Assembly: GCA_964353765.1 (NCBI GenBank)
Contig: CAYGWN010000049.1
Span: forward strand, 33,594 to 97,593
Origin: an uncultured Methanoregula sp.
GTDB taxonomy: Archaea; Halobacteriota; Methanomicrobia; Methanomicrobiales; Methanospirillaceae
Length of the DNA: 64,000 bases
Direction of reading: 5' to 3'
The notes below the pieces were generated by a model, which saw only the letters and a program-made list of their open reading frames with translations, searched no databases and had not been told where the DNA came from. The translations under genes were made by a program, and so were the position numbers. Every line of letters starts with the position of its first letter. The first letter of the stretch is position 1. Below are positions 19,959 to 30,290 of this stretch, piece by piece.

Positions 19959-20612
19959 TCAGTGATCTGATCCGGTCGGAACAATGCTGGTCAGGGAAGA
20001 GAGGAGATGTCTTGCCTCGCCCACAGAAAACTGTCCTTCCGCAGTGGGTTTTCCTGCATATGAAAAGACCATGGCAGACCCGAAGAGCGGGAGGATCATC
20101 CGGGCGTACCGGAATTCGGGCCCCATGATACTGGTAATGATCGGCTGCCTGGCATGGAGGGTGAACGAACAGAGGGTGATCACATCATCAGGGCTGCCGG
20201 GCCGGACCACGATCTTCGGGATGCCGTACCTGCGGAGACGGGATTCGAATGCGGTAAGTTCGGTTGCTGAAGGCATCTGTTGGGTATGGAACGAAGCAAT
20301 GATGCTGATTCCCCGGTCCCGAAGAGGGGGAGCAGATCGAGAAAACTGCTGTTCGACATCGACCATGGTTGCGTAGGGAAGCCATGGCTCCATCAGCGCC
20401 TGCCATTCCCGGGTCCCACCGGTGAATGCTCCCCCTTCTTCCCTCGACCTGACCGTGAGGATGATGGGGAGGCGGCAGTGCCGGACGGCCTCCCCACCTT
20501 CTTCAGGAAAGGGAGTGGGAAAGAGGTCAAGCCGGAGCTCGATACAATCAGCGCCAGCCATCTCCGCTTCAGGAACAGAAGCGGGGTGGGCAACGGAGGC
20601 GACCAGCTGCAT
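19959..20612 (-). CDS. aroD: 3-dehydroquinate dehydratase, type I
   Basis: …CIELRLDLF… and the overall AroD type I pattern. Convergent with aroC. Confidence 0.8.
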   Translation of the reverse strand: MQLVASVAHPASVPEAEMAGADCIELRLDLFPTPFPEEGGEAVRHCRLPIILTVRSREEGGAFTGGTREWQALMEPWLPYATMVDVEQQFSRSAPPLRDRGISIIASFHTQQMPSATELTAFESRLRRYGIPKIVVRPGSPDDVITLCSFTLHARQPIITSIMGPEFRYARMILPLFGSAMVFSYAGKPTAEGQFSVGEARHLLSSLTSIVPTGSDH

Positions 20613-20722
20613 GAGAGGTGGATAGAGCGTCGTACCTTATATCACCCGATCCTGCTTCGGGAACCGGTATCAGAGCTTTGCTAGTTTTATCTCTGTCCGT
20701 GAAGAACACTCCCTGACAGCAC

Positions 20723-23290
20723 ATGGAAAAAGGTCTCCCCGAACTCCTTGCCCCCGCCGGGTCGCGCGAAGCCCTGATCGCTTCTGTCAATGCCGGGGCG
20801 GACGCCGTCTATCTGAGCGGGAAGAGGTTCGGGGCCCGGAAGTATGCCACCAATTTTACTGATGAGGAGCTTGTGGCAGCCATCGAGTTTGCCCACCTGC
20901 GGAGCGTGAAGGTCTATGTGACGGTTAATACCCTGGTCCATGACCGCGAACTCCGCGATGTCGCCCGCTACCTGGTCTTCCTGTACAGCGCAGGAGCAGA
21001 CGGAGTGCTTATCCAGGATGCAGGGATAGCAGCAATCGCGCGGGAACTCGTCCCCGGCCTCCCGCTTCATGCCTCTACCCAGTATACCATCACCGATGCA
21101 GAAGGGGTGCTTTGGGCCTGTCGTTCAGGTTTTTCCCGTGTTGTGCTTGCAAGGGAACTTGACATGACAGAGGTTGACCGTATTTTCACGCTTCCTGATT
21201 CCGATCGACCCGGCATTGAACTGTTTGTCCACGGGGCCCTCTGTTACGCATATTCGGGGCGGTGCCTCCTCTCTTCAGTCATCGGAGGACGGAGCGGGAA
21301 CAGGGGGATGTGCGCCCAGCCTTGCCGGAAGCCGTACCGGCTGGTCAGGGGTATGGCTGACGCATACGGGAGAATGAAAAATCCCAGGGTGGTTCCGCTT
21401 CCGGATTCCTACCTCCTTTCCACCCGGGATCTCTGCACCTATCCGCGGCTGCCTGAGCTGTTGCGGAGGCCGCTTGCGGCTCTCAAGATTGAAGGCCGGA
21501 TGCGCTCCCCTGAATACGCGGCCATTGTCGTTTCACGGTACAGGAACGCTATGGACGCCCATGCAAAAGGCACGTTCACTCCCCGGATGGAAGATATTGA
21601 GGACATGGCCGTTGCATTCTCCCGCGGGTTTTCAGCAGGGTACCTTTTCGGTGACCGGGAGCCGGCACTCATGGGAAGGCGTCAGCCTGACAACCAGGGA
21701 TTGTTCCTCGGTACCGTCCGGTCATGCCGATCCGGTGAAATGGATGTGATCCCGGCTGCGCAGACCGTTCCCGGTCCCGGCGATGGCCTGGTGACACGCC
21801 ATCCCCTGTCGAAGGAAGAGCAGGGATTCGTCCTGCGGGAAGGGGCTGAGCGGAAAGGGAACCGGCTGGTTATCGGCCATACCATTACCTGCCAGCCGGG
21901 GCTCGAAGTGTATCTCACCCGGAGTTCCCGGCTGGAGCGGGAGGCAGCGGCAATCCTGCATCCCCCTGGCCCTTCCGGGAGACATCCCCTTGCCGTTGAC
22001 CTTTCCCTGGTTATCCGCCCCGGTAATCCCCCCGTCATTACGGGGGCCGTTAAAACAGCGGACGGCCGGACCATTATCGCACGGCATGAAGCTGCCTTTG
22101 TCCCGGAACCGGCAACGGGGAGGGCAACAACCGGAACCGAGATCGCCCGCCAGATCCGGAAGACCGGGGCCAGCATATTCAGGGTAGGTTCATTTTCGCT
22201 CGATTATCCGGGAGGCCTGTTCCTCCCTATCGGGCGGCTCAACTCGTTCCGGAGAGAATTTCTGGCTCATGCAGAACGGGCAATCATCGCCTCGAGCAGA
22301 CCGGGACGAGACCTGATCCGTAGCTCAGATGAGCGGCTCGCGGAATTCGACAGATCACTGGATGGTTCTCCCTCACCCCGCTCTGCCAGGATTCCTGCAC
22401 TGGGTATCCTGTGTGATGAACCGCAGAGTGCAGCAATCGGCTGTGCAGCCGGTTGCGACCGGATCTACCTTGAACCTTCTTCAGATCCCGCCAGGCTCCG
22501 GGATGCTCTCTGCCTCGCTCTCGATTCCTGCCGGGAACCTGGAGGCAGGATATTCTGGAAATGGCCGTCCCTGCCGGCCCCCGGGTTCATCAGATCAGCA
22601 CTTCCCCTGCTCCATGACCTCTCCGGGACCGGGCTTGCAGGCATCATGGTTGAGAGCCCGGGAGCGGCCGATGCGGTAAGGGAGGAGCTGCCGGATATTG
22701 AGATTACCGGGGGATCCGGGCTCAACATCTTCAACTACCTGACTGTCCGAGCCTACAGTCCCCTCTTTTCGGGATTAACCCTCTCTCCCGAGCTGTCCGG
22801 AGAGGAGACTGCTGAGCTGGTGAAGAGGGCTGCGAATGTCTGTCCGGGTACGGATATCGCGGTTCTCGTTGAGGGGAATCTTGAGGCAATGGTGACTGCT
22901 GACAACCTGCTGGACCTGATCCCGGCTGAAATGAGGGATGCACACCAGCGGTTGGGCCTCCTCGATGCAACCGGCCGGATCTTCCCTGTCCATGCGGACA
23001 GCACCTGCAGAAGCCATATCTTTAATGCAGCAGAACTCTGCCTCCTTGACTATCTCCCGGCATTCGCGGCATCAGGCTTGGATATGGTCCTCATTGATGC
23101 AAGGTTCAGGGGACCAGCGTATACCCGGGGGATGGTCGCCCTCTACCGGGAAGCGCTGGATGCACGGGACTGGATAGCGGGCAGGGAAGGAACCGAGGAT
23201 CTTGCCGGGCGGCTGAAATCCCGGATAAGGGATATGGCTGAGGGCGGAATCACCGCAGGGCACTATGCCAGGGGCTGCCGGGAAGATTAG
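20723..23290 (+). CDS. Peptidase U32 family protein, long form (855 aa), with the Fe-S Cys motif of U32-type O2-independent hydroxylases
   Basis: N-terminal ELLAPAGS…AGADAVY U32 signature. C174-x6-C181-x15-C197-x3-C201 ([32 protein letters not shown]). Long C-terminal extension. Confidence 0.85.
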   Translation: MEKGLPELLAPAGSREALIASVNAGADAVYLSGKRFGARKYATNFTDEELVAAIEFAHLRSVKVYVTVNTLVHDRELRDVARYLVFLYSAGADGVLIQDAGIAAIARELVPGLPLHASTQYTITDAEGVLWACRSGFSRVVLARELDMTEVDRIFTLPDSDRPGIELFVHGALCYAYSGRCLLSSVIGGRSGNRGMCAQPCRKPYRLVRGMADAYGRMKNPRVVPLPDSYLLSTRDLCTYPRLPELLRRPLAALKIEGRMRSPEYAAIVVSRYRNAMDAHAKGTFTPRMEDIEDMAVAFSRGFSAGYLFGDREPALMGRRQPDNQGLFLGTVRSCRSGEMDVIPAAQTVPGPGDGLVTRHPLSKEEQGFVLREGAERKGNRLVIGHTITCQPGLEVYLTRSSRLEREAAAILHPPGPSGRHPLAVDLSLVIRPGNPPVITGAVKTADGRTIIARHEAAFVPEPATGRATTGTEIARQIRKTGASIFRVGSFSLDYPGGLFLPIGRLNSFRREFLAHAERAIIASSRPGRDLIRSSDERLAEFDRSLDGSPSPRSARIPALGILCDEPQSAAIGCAAGCDRIYLEPSSDPARLRDALCLALDSCREPGGRIFWKWPSLPAPGFIRSALPLLHDLSGTGLAGIMVESPGAADAVREELPDIEITGGSGLNIFNYLTVRAYSPLFSGLTLSPELSGEETAELVKRAANVCPGTDIAVLVEGNLEAMVTADNLLDLIPAEMRDAHQRLGLLDATGRIFPVHADSTCRSHIFNAAELCLLDYLPAFAASGLDMVLIDARFRGPAYTRGMVALYREALDARDWIAGREGTEDLAGRLKSRIRDMAEGGITAGHYARGCRED

Positions 23291-23330
23291 GGGAAAGTTA
23301 TCTTTCTGCACCGATCAATACTCTCCTCTG

Positions 23331-24008
23331 ATGACAACTATGGACAAGCCATTCATCCTTATCAACCTGAAGACCTACCCGGAAGGAGCCGGGCAGCGCG
23401 CACATGCCATCGCCGGTGCAGCTGAACAGGTTGCTGATGAGAGCGGGGTGCACATTGGTATCGCTGCATCGTACATGACTATCCACCCTCTCTCGGTCCA
23501 CTCGGGCCTTCCTGTCTTTGCCCAGCACGTTGACGGGGCTGAACCGGGCGCCCATACTGGTTTTGTTACCGCTGAAGCGCTCAAAATGGCCGGGGCACAG
23601 GGATCCCTGGTGAACCATTCAGAGCGGAGGCTTACCCTTGCTGACATCGATGCTTCGGTTACCGCCCTGCGGAGAGAGAAGCTCATATCCGTAATATGTA
23701 CCAACAATGATCCCACCAGTGCAGCCGCAGCAGCACTTAACCCTGATTATGTAGCGATTGAACCCCCTGAACTGATCGGGAGCGGTGTTTCTGTATCCAA
23801 GGCAAACCCTGATATCATCAGTCGCTCGGTCAACGCCGTCAGGAAGGTGAATCCCGATGTGAAGGTTCTCACCGGAGCCGGGATCCAGTCCGGAGAATGT
23901 GTAAGGATTGCACGGGACCTCGGGACGAGCGGGGTGCTGCTTGCATCAAGCGTGGTGAAAGCCAAGGCCCCGATTGCTGTCATCCGGGATCTCGTTTCGC
24001 TCATTTAA
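23331..24008 (+). CDS. tpiA: Triosephosphate isomerase (archaeal short type)
   Basis: [19 protein letters not shown]… and the NHSERR motif. Internal ATG at 23331 preferred, giving 225 aa. Confidence 0.85.
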   Translation: MTTMDKPFILINLKTYPEGAGQRAHAIAGAAEQVADESGVHIGIAASYMTIHPLSVHSGLPVFAQHVDGAEPGAHTGFVTAEALKMAGAQGSLVNHSERRLTLADIDASVTALRREKLISVICTNNDPTSAAAAALNPDYVAIEPPELIGSGVSVSKANPDIISRSVNAVRKVNPDVKVLTGAGIQSGECVRIARDLGTSGVLLASSVVKAKAPIAVIRDLVSLI

Positions 24009-24565
24009 CGGTTGATGATCAGGGAGATCAGGTCATGCTTGGTAATGACCCCCCGCACCGTTCCTTCCTCCATGACCAGCACGGCATGGTGTTTCTGGAG
24101 GATCTTCACCACGGTCTCGATATCAATTCCCGGAGGTACTGTTGGAAATCCCGGTTCGAGGAAATGGCTGACCACCAAATCATGACCCTTTGCCGAGGCA
24201 CGTTCTTCCAGTGCCGTGACAATCGCAGCCTCTGAAATACATCCGATCGGCACCCCCTCATGGATGACCGGCAGCTGGGAGATGTTCTTTCCGTCCATGA
24301 TCTCCACTGCCCGGGTGATTGGATCCTCAGGCTTCACTGAAAAAACCGGTGAATGCATCACATGCGCCGCTGTCATCCGCGGTTTCTGGGCCTCGTTGAG
24401 GACCTGTACGATTTTTGCCAGGGTGCTCATCCGGGGATCAACGCTTCCGGCCTCTATCCGGGCAACCATGGACTGGCTGATGCCAGCCCGATCGGCCAGC
24501 TCTACCTGCCGGATCCCGAGCATCTCACGACGGGCTTTCATCTCCTCGGGAGTAGGAATGTGCAT
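24005..24565 (-). CDS. Transcriptional regulator: XRE-type HTH plus a CBS domain pair
   Basis: …[23 protein letters not shown]… HTH followed by two CBS repeats. Confidence 0.75.
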   Translation of the reverse strand: MHIPTPEEMKARREMLGIRQVELADRAGISQSMVARIEAGSVDPRMSTLAKIVQVLNEAQKPRMTAAHVMHSPVFSVKPEDPITRAVEIMDGKNISQLPVIHEGVPIGCISEAAIVTALEERASAKGHDLVVSHFLEPGFPTVPPGIDIETVVKILQKHHAVLVMEEGTVRGVITKHDLISLIINR

Positions 24566-24639
24566 TGGTTATTACTTCGATGCATAAGATAAAATAAATA
24601 TTTTCTCCACAGTCATAAGATTTCGAGAACAAGAATAGA

Positions 24640-24982
24640 GTGGGAGGAGTAAGCCCCCTTCTGTTCGGTGCGGCATTCAGCTTGGCGCCATACCCGGGTA
24701 GTGCCTGGGCGGCCACAATACCCTGTTCTGGCTTGCACCCGCAGGGATTCACCGTTTCATCGATTCCTGCACCGTTACGCTCAGCGAGTTATCTTGCGCC
24801 TTCCGGCACGTCTCGCCCTCTCGGGCTCGGTCGCATCATGACTGGGTGCAGGCCGTGTCGTTTCTGTGCCATTGCCGTGACTCTCGCCACCCATACTTGC
24901 GTATGGCTGCGTGCCCAGGTGGTGGGGGGACTTTCCTCAGCGGCCGGAAGATCCGGCCACCGTCAGCCGCACTCTCCCGCTC
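24640..24982 (-). ncRNA. rnpB: RNase P RNA (archaeal type A)
   Basis: The minus strand reads …GGGAGAGTGCGGCTGACGG-TGGCCGGATCTTCCGGCCG(P3 hairpin)-CTGAGGAAAGTCCCCCC (CR-I GAGGAAAGTCC) … GGCACAGAAAC … CGAACAGAAGGGGGCTTACTCCTCCC (CR-V ACAGAAnnGGCTTA). 5' GGGAGAGT can pair with 3' ACTCCTCCC (P1). End positions are good to about +/-5 nt. Confidence 0.8.
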
Positions 24983-24983
24983 C

Positions 24984-25010
24984 TATATATATTATTGTTC
25001 ACCCTATTTA
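24984..25010. promoter_or_regulatory. Compact bidirectional archaeal promoter: back-to-back TATA elements for rnpB (minus) and the AMMECR1 gene (plus)
   Basis: TATATATATT at 24984-24993 lies about 24-33 nt upstream of ATG 25017. The reverse complement of 25004-25010 is TAAATAG, about 25 nt upstream of the predicted rnpB 5' end. Confidence 0.35.
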
Positions 25011-25016
25011 CCCTTG

Positions 25017-25574
25017 ATGCAAGCGCTCACCGATGAGGAAGGTATACTGGCGGTCCGGCTTGCGCGGGTTGAACTCGAAAAGAGGATCGGGGGCTCCCGG
25101 CAGGTTCCCCCCCCCCTCACCCCGGTCTTTTCCGAGAAGAGAGGAGTATTTGTGACCCTGACCCGGGACGGGGAGCTGCGGGGATGTATCGGGTATCCGT
25201 ATCCCCACCTGCCACTTGCCGATGCTATCAGGGATGCAGCAATTTCAGCAGCCCTCGGGGATCCCCGCTTCCCCAAGGTGGACGCACAGGAACTTCCCCT
25301 GCTCCGTGTTGAGATAACGATCCTTACGCTCCCGGAATTTTTGGAGGGAGATCCCGAAGCACGTCCCGGTACCATTGAAGTCGGGAGGCATGGGCTGATC
25401 GTCCAGGGAATGGGACGGAGCGGACTCCTCCTCCCCCAGGTCCCGGTCGAATGGGGGTGGAACAGAAGGGAATTCCTTGATCATACCTGCATGAAGGCTG
25501 GCCTTCCTCCCGGATGCTGGAAGGGAAGGGAGGTTGACGTCTTCACCTTCGAGGGTCAGATCTTCCACGAATGA
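25017..25574 (+). CDS. AMMECR1 domain protein (TIGR00296-type)
   Basis: …GVFVTL…LRGCIGYPYP…DPRFP… AMMECR1 signature. Start at the internal ATG 25017, because the track ORF's N-terminal extension lies across the RNase P RNA. Confidence 0.8.
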   Translation: MQALTDEEGILAVRLARVELEKRIGGSRQVPPPLTPVFSEKRGVFVTLTRDGELRGCIGYPYPHLPLADAIRDAAISAALGDPRFPKVDAQELPLLRVEITILTLPEFLEGDPEARPGTIEVGRHGLIVQGMGRSGLLLPQVPVEWGWNRREFLDHTCMKAGLPPGCWKGREVDVFTFEGQIFHE

Positions 25575-25701
25575 TAAGAGCCTGAAGGCTCCGGCTGTTC
25601 CACGTTTTCCTTATACCCCATGATTTCCTTTCAGATGCAGGAAATCAATCCGTGCGCTATCTTATTGCTTTTTACCGTCCCCAGTTAAACAGGAAGATCC
25701 C

Positions 25702-27156
25702 ATGCCCATCACCTTCGAAGTCCTCGAAAAGGATATTGCGGGAAGGATTGGCCGGCTCAGGGCAGGATCACGGACTGTCCGGACTCCGCTCCTCATGCCG
25801 GTCATCAATCCCCACCTTCAGCCGGTCTCGCCGAAGGAAATGAAAGATCTGGGCGCCGAGGGCATCATCACCAACGCCTACATTTTTTCACGGAGCAGCG
25901 AATTCCATGACCGGGCCCTTTCCTCCGGTCTCCACGACCTGCTGGGATTTGACGGCCTGATCATGACCGATTCCGGATCATTCCAGCTCTCAGTATACGG
26001 TGATGTGACCATCGGGAATCTTGAGACCCTTCGGTTCCAGCATGATATCGGGAGTGATATCCTCGTCCCGCTGGATATCCCCACCCCCCCCGGTGCCGGA
26101 CGCGATCAGGTCATCCAGGAGCTGGCGCTTACCATGGCCAGGCTCCGTGAGGCGCGGGAAGAGTATGGTAGGGATGCTCCGCTGGCCGGCCCCGTCCAGG
26201 GCGGGATCTTCGAAGATATCCGGGAACAGGCAGGGCGGGAAGTCGGGGAGATCGGATTCTCGTTCTGTCCGATCGGGGCGGTCGTTCCTCTGATGGAATC
26301 GTACCGGTATCCTGAACTGGTCCGGGTGGTGCTGGCTGCAAAACGGGGAATACCTCCGTCTTCCTGTGTGCACCTCTTTGGTGCCGGGCACCCCTCCATG
26401 TTCGCACTTGCCGTGGCCATGGGCTGCGATGTCTTCGATTCAGCAGCGTATGCCCTGTCTGCAAAAGACAGGAGATACCTGACTTCATCGGGAAGTCTTC
26501 GGCTCGATGAGTTGGCAGAGCTTCCCTGTGCATGCCAGGTCTGCCGCGGACATACTGCTGATGAGATCCGGGCCTCACCTGAGACCACTCGGCTGCTGGC
26601 CCTCCATAACCTCAGCGTAAGTCTTGCCGAGATCTCCCGCATACGGCAGGCAATAACGGATGGGGTTCTCTGGGAACTCGTCGATGAACGGTGCCGGGCA
26701 CACCCCCATCTCCTAGCGGGATACCGGGCACTCCTTACTCACAACCTTGAGCTTGAGGCCACTGACCGCAGCATAAAACGTCGATTCTTCTACCGCGGGG
26801 CCGAGAGTTGTTGGAGGACGGAAGTCATCCGGTACCAGCAGCAGATTGGACGGATCTCAACCGGACGTGAGGTACTGGTCGCTGCTGACGGCATAAAGAG
26901 GGAAGGATTTGATACCGTCCTCTTTTTCAAACCGCCATTCGGCCCGTATCCACCGGAACTCAGGGAGACATTTCCGATCGGGCAGAGTGAGATCCCTCCC
27001 TGGGACAGGGATATGGTTCTTGCGGGATGTGCAGGCATACGGCTGCTGATGGAGCAGCATCCTGAATCCCGGTTCACCATATCCAGCCCCGTTCAATGGC
27101 TGGAATGCATGCAGTGCGAGCTTCCCGGAGCTGAGGTGCAGATTGACGAAGTTTGA
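25702..27156 (+). CDS. tgtA: tRNA-guanine(15) transglycosylase (archaeosine TGT), short form
   Basis: [19 protein letters not shown]… N-terminus, TIM-barrel TGT core, Zn motif region CxCxxC (CACQVCRGH). Confidence 0.85.
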   Translation: MPITFEVLEKDIAGRIGRLRAGSRTVRTPLLMPVINPHLQPVSPKEMKDLGAEGIITNAYIFSRSSEFHDRALSSGLHDLLGFDGLIMTDSGSFQLSVYGDVTIGNLETLRFQHDIGSDILVPLDIPTPPGAGRDQVIQELALTMARLREAREEYGRDAPLAGPVQGGIFEDIREQAGREVGEIGFSFCPIGAVVPLMESYRYPELVRVVLAAKRGIPPSSCVHLFGAGHPSMFALAVAMGCDVFDSAAYALSAKDRRYLTSSGSLRLDELAELPCACQVCRGHTADEIRASPETTRLLALHNLSVSLAEISRIRQAITDGVLWELVDERCRAHPHLLAGYRALLTHNLELEATDRSIKRRFFYRGAESCWRTEVIRYQQQIGRISTGREVLVAADGIKREGFDTVLFFKPPFGPYPPELRETFPIGQSEIPPWDRDMVLAGCAGIRLLMEQHPESRFTISSPVQWLECMQCELPGAEVQIDEV

Positions 27157-28774
27157 GGTCAAACGGCGGGACACACTTGCCCGGATCTCTCTCCTCACCA
27201 CCGCTACAGGAACAGTCCGGCTCCCGGCAGCGGCAGATATGTCCACGCTCTTCCCCGACCTCTCCTTCAGGGAGTTCTCGAATGTCCCGCTGTCCGCTCC
27301 GGAAGCCTTGGCCCGGCGCTATAACACCAGGGGATCAGGGCAGCCGGTTGCCGTCCACCCGGCACTCAAACCGGATGTCTCATCGGGCGACTGTGTGCTC
27401 ATCCCCTGCTGGAACACGGTGCTGTCGCATCCACGGGAGTACGTTGAATGGCTCATTAACCTGAAAGGGGCCATACCTCCCGATACCGCTTGGTACGCAC
27501 CAGGCGCCGCCCTTCCCTCAAACGTCCACATCCTCTGCTATTCCGGTTTTGACCTCTTCGATTACACCGCCGTCGACCTGATGACCGCTCGGGACCTGTT
27601 CTGCCTCCCGGAAGGTGAATTTTCCCGGGAGACTATGGAAGAGGGTATGTGCACCTGCCCGGGCTGCGGGAAATCCGATCTCCTCGTACATAACCGGCTG
27701 GCGCTCGACCGGGAGCTGGCCTTGGTCCGGCAGTTCATCGCGATGCAGCAGCTCCGTGAATTCATCGACAGCCGGGCGCGGATGGCGACAGCCCACGTGG
27801 CAATCCTCCGATTCTTCGACCGCCATGCCCGCTTCATGGAAGAACGGACTCCGGTCGCCCGCAGCGTCCGGTTCGGTGCCATGAGCGGAGACGCCCTCTC
27901 CCGGCCGGAAGTACGGAGGTTTGCCGACCGGGTACTCGGGCGGTATATCCCGCCAAAGGGAGAGGTGGCCGTCCTCCTCCCCTGTTCTGCAAGAAAACCG
28001 TACTCTCTCTCTCAGAGTCACCGCCGGTTTATCCGGGCTATTGCCGGGAGGGCAGCGGAGCTGGTCATCACCTCGCCGCTGGGTCTGGTTCCCAGGGAAA
28101 TCGAACGGATTTACCCTGCAGCACACTATGACATCCCAGTGACAGGATACTGGGACCGGGAAGAGCTCGCCTTTGTCAGCGGCATCCTGGCCGGATTCCT
28201 CTCCCGCCACCCCTACCGGCGGGTAATCGCCCACCTTGAGGGTGGAGCACTCGAGGCTGCACAGATAGCAGCGGAGCTCGCTGGGGTGGAGCTCGAGGTC
28301 ACCCGGGGAGACCGGCCGGTGTCGGATGAATCACTGGCATGCCTCAGCGATACTCTGTCCGGGGAGCGTTCCGTCCGTCATGATTCGGTTCACGGGATCC
28401 TCTCCTGGCAGTTCGGTATCGATGCGGATACCCGCAGCATGACCGTCCGGTGGAAACACCCGGGCCTCTTGGTCAGGAAGGGGAGAGAGCCGCTCTTCTC
28501 AATCGATCCAGGGACCGGTCTCCTGCGCCCGACGTTTGCAGGATGGAACAGTATCCCGGGAGTATACCGGGTAAAAATCGATGATTTTCCAGTTCAGGGC
28601 GACATCCTGGTGCCGGGGGTCATCGCTGCAGATCCCATGATACGGGAAGGTGATGAAGTGCTGGTGGAAGGCCCGCAGGCTCTGGCGACCGGGAGGGCTG
28701 CCATGGGTGCAACCGAAATGCATTCTTCGGCACGCGGGGTCGCAGTGAGGGTTCGAAAAGTATTGAAAGACTGA
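27143..28774 (+). CDS. arcS: Archaeosine synthase alpha subunit ArcS (TgtA2), with a C-terminal PUA domain
   Basis: [14 protein letters not shown]-terminus, as in TGT paralogs. CTCPGCG motif. C-terminal PUA-like segment. TTG start overlapping the tgtA stop. Confidence 0.75.
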   Translation: MTKFEVKRRDTLARISLLTTATGTVRLPAAADMSTLFPDLSFREFSNVPLSAPEALARRYNTRGSGQPVAVHPALKPDVSSGDCVLIPCWNTVLSHPREYVEWLINLKGAIPPDTAWYAPGAALPSNVHILCYSGFDLFDYTAVDLMTARDLFCLPEGEFSRETMEEGMCTCPGCGKSDLLVHNRLALDRELALVRQFIAMQQLREFIDSRARMATAHVAILRFFDRHARFMEERTPVARSVRFGAMSGDALSRPEVRRFADRVLGRYIPPKGEVAVLLPCSARKPYSLSQSHRRFIRAIAGRAAELVITSPLGLVPREIERIYPAAHYDIPVTGYWDREELAFVSGILAGFLSRHPYRRVIAHLEGGALEAAQIAAELAGVELEVTRGDRPVSDESLACLSDTLSGERSVRHDSVHGILSWQFGIDADTRSMTVRWKHPGLLVRKGREPLFSIDPGTGLLRPTFAGWNSIPGVYRVKIDDFPVQGDILVPGVIAADPMIREGDEVLVEGPQALATGRAAMGATEMHSSARGVAVRVRKVLKD

Positions 28775-28838
28775 CACCCCACCAGTCTACCACAACTGTT
28801 GCGATGGAGGAATCAATTATGTACAGGGTGAAAAAGTC

Positions 28839-29981
28839 ATGCCGTTTGTGATTGCCGTTCCAAAGGAGATGGCCGAGGGGGAAAGACGCGTGGCGACCGT
28901 ACCGGAGGTTGTCAAGAAGCTTACGAGTTCAGGTCATGAGGTCCGGATCGAGCATGACGCGGGGATGAGCGCATATTATCCTGACGATCTCTTTACAGCT
29001 GCTGGTGCAAAGATCGCATTCAGCCGGACCGACCTGGTGAACGGTGCCCAGATCATGCTTCGTGTACAGTCCCCGACCGTTGCTGAGGTTGATCAGCTCG
29101 TTGAGGGTACTATTGTCATCGGGTTCATGAACCCGGCCCGAAATCCTGGAGCGGTCATCCGGATGCGCGACCGGAAGGTTACCGCATTCGCCCTTGAACT
29201 TGTTCCGCGGATCACCCGGGCACAGAGTATGGATGCGCTCAGTTCTCAGGCGACAGCCGGCGGGTACATGGCGGCCGTACTGGGCGCTGCAAACTGCCCG
29301 AAGTTCCTCCCCATGCTGACAACTGCCGCGGGCACCATCCGACCGGCCACCGTGCTCATCCTTGGTGCCGGAGTCGCCGGCCTCATGGCGATCGCCACGG
29401 CAAAGCGGCTCGGCGCCATTGTTGAGGCCTACGATGTCAGACGGGCCGCAGGTGAGCAGGTCCGGAGCCTTGGTGCCCGGTTCCTCGAGCTTGAAATTAA
29501 CGCTGAGGGCCAGGGCGGCTATGCCCGCGAGCTCACCCCCGAGGAGAAGGTGAAAGAGCAGCAGATGGTATCGGCCGCCGTCGCACGGGCCGACATCGTC
29601 ATTACGACCGCCAGCATTCCCGGTCGTAAGGCTCCCCTCCTCATCACCAGGGAGACCGTCGCGATGATGCGGCCAGGTGCTGTCATTGTTGATCTGGCTG
29701 CCGAATCTGGTGGTAATTGCGAGCTCACCCGGCCTGGTAAGACTGTATGGGAGAATGGTGTTACAATTCTGGGCCCGCTGAACCTCCCGGCTCAGGTGCC
29801 GTTCCATGCGAGCCAGATGTTTGCGAAGAACCTCCAGTCGTTTCTGGCGCTCCTCTTCGACAAGGACGGAGGGCTTGTCAGGGAGTTCACCGATGAAATC
29901 CTGGCTGCGAGCCTCCTGGTCCACGCAGGCGAAGTGTGCCATGGGCCTACGCGCGATCTGTTGGAAGGAGGGATATCGTGA
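28839..29981 (+). CDS. pntAA: NAD(P) transhydrogenase subunit alpha part 1 (dI, NAD(H)-binding)
   Basis: Alanine-dehydrogenase/PNT fold, GAGVAGL Rossmann motif. First of a three-gene pnt set. Confidence 0.85.
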   Translation: MPFVIAVPKEMAEGERRVATVPEVVKKLTSSGHEVRIEHDAGMSAYYPDDLFTAAGAKIAFSRTDLVNGAQIMLRVQSPTVAEVDQLVEGTIVIGFMNPARNPGAVIRMRDRKVTAFALELVPRITRAQSMDALSSQATAGGYMAAVLGAANCPKFLPMLTTAAGTIRPATVLILGAGVAGLMAIATAKRLGAIVEAYDVRRAAGEQVRSLGARFLELEINAEGQGGYARELTPEEKVKEQQMVSAAVARADIVITTASIPGRKAPLLITRETVAMMRPGAVIVDLAAESGGNCELTRPGKTVWENGVTILGPLNLPAQVPFHASQMFAKNLQSFLALLFDKDGGLVREFTDEILAASLLVHAGEVCHGPTRDLLEGGIS

Positions 29982-30289
29982 TAGAGCTATCAGCATTCTG
30001 GACCGCACTATACATCGTCATTCTGGCCGCATTTACCGGTTACATCGTCATCAGCCGGGTCCCTGTCATCCTCCACACCCCACTGATGAGCGGCTCGAAC
30101 TTCATTCATGGGATCGTGCTTGTCGGTGCGATGGTCGCACTGGGCCTCGCAACGACGACCGGGGAACAGATCATCGGCTTTGTCGCGGTCATCCTGGGTG
30201 CAGCGAATGTCACCGGTGGCTATGTCATCACAGAACGGATCCTCCAGATGTTCGACCCCGATAAAAAGAGGCCTGGAAAGGAGGCCTGA
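29978..30289 (+). CDS. pntAB: NAD(P) transhydrogenase subunit alpha part 2 (membrane dII-a)
   Basis: About 100-aa hydrophobic protein (…HTPLMSGSNFIHGIV…). GTG at 29978 forms a GTGA overlap with the pntAA stop. Confidence 0.8.
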   Translation: MIELSAFWTALYIVILAAFTGYIVISRVPVILHTPLMSGSNFIHGIVLVGAMVALGLATTTGEQIIGFVAVILGAANVTGGYVITERILQMFDPDKKRPGKEA

Positions 30290-30290
30290 T

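Noticed and set aside
24640-25017. 125-aa plus-strand ORF, and the N-terminal 57 codons of ORF 24846..25574
   Set aside because: The region is occupied by RNase P RNA on the minus strand. The AMMECR1 homology only begins at the internal Met at 25017.
27518-28234. 238-aa minus-strand ORF. Similar long antisense ORFs occur at 4395..5207, 40081..40923, 48131..48865 and 14547..15077.
   Set aside because: All lie inside and opposite confidently identified genes (arcS, the permease, asd, TIGR00300, tyrA). Their composition is typical of antisense frames in GC-rich coding DNA.
28929-30008. 359-aa minus-strand ORF
   Set aside because: Antisense to pntAA. Arg/Gly/Pro-rich translation with no motifs.
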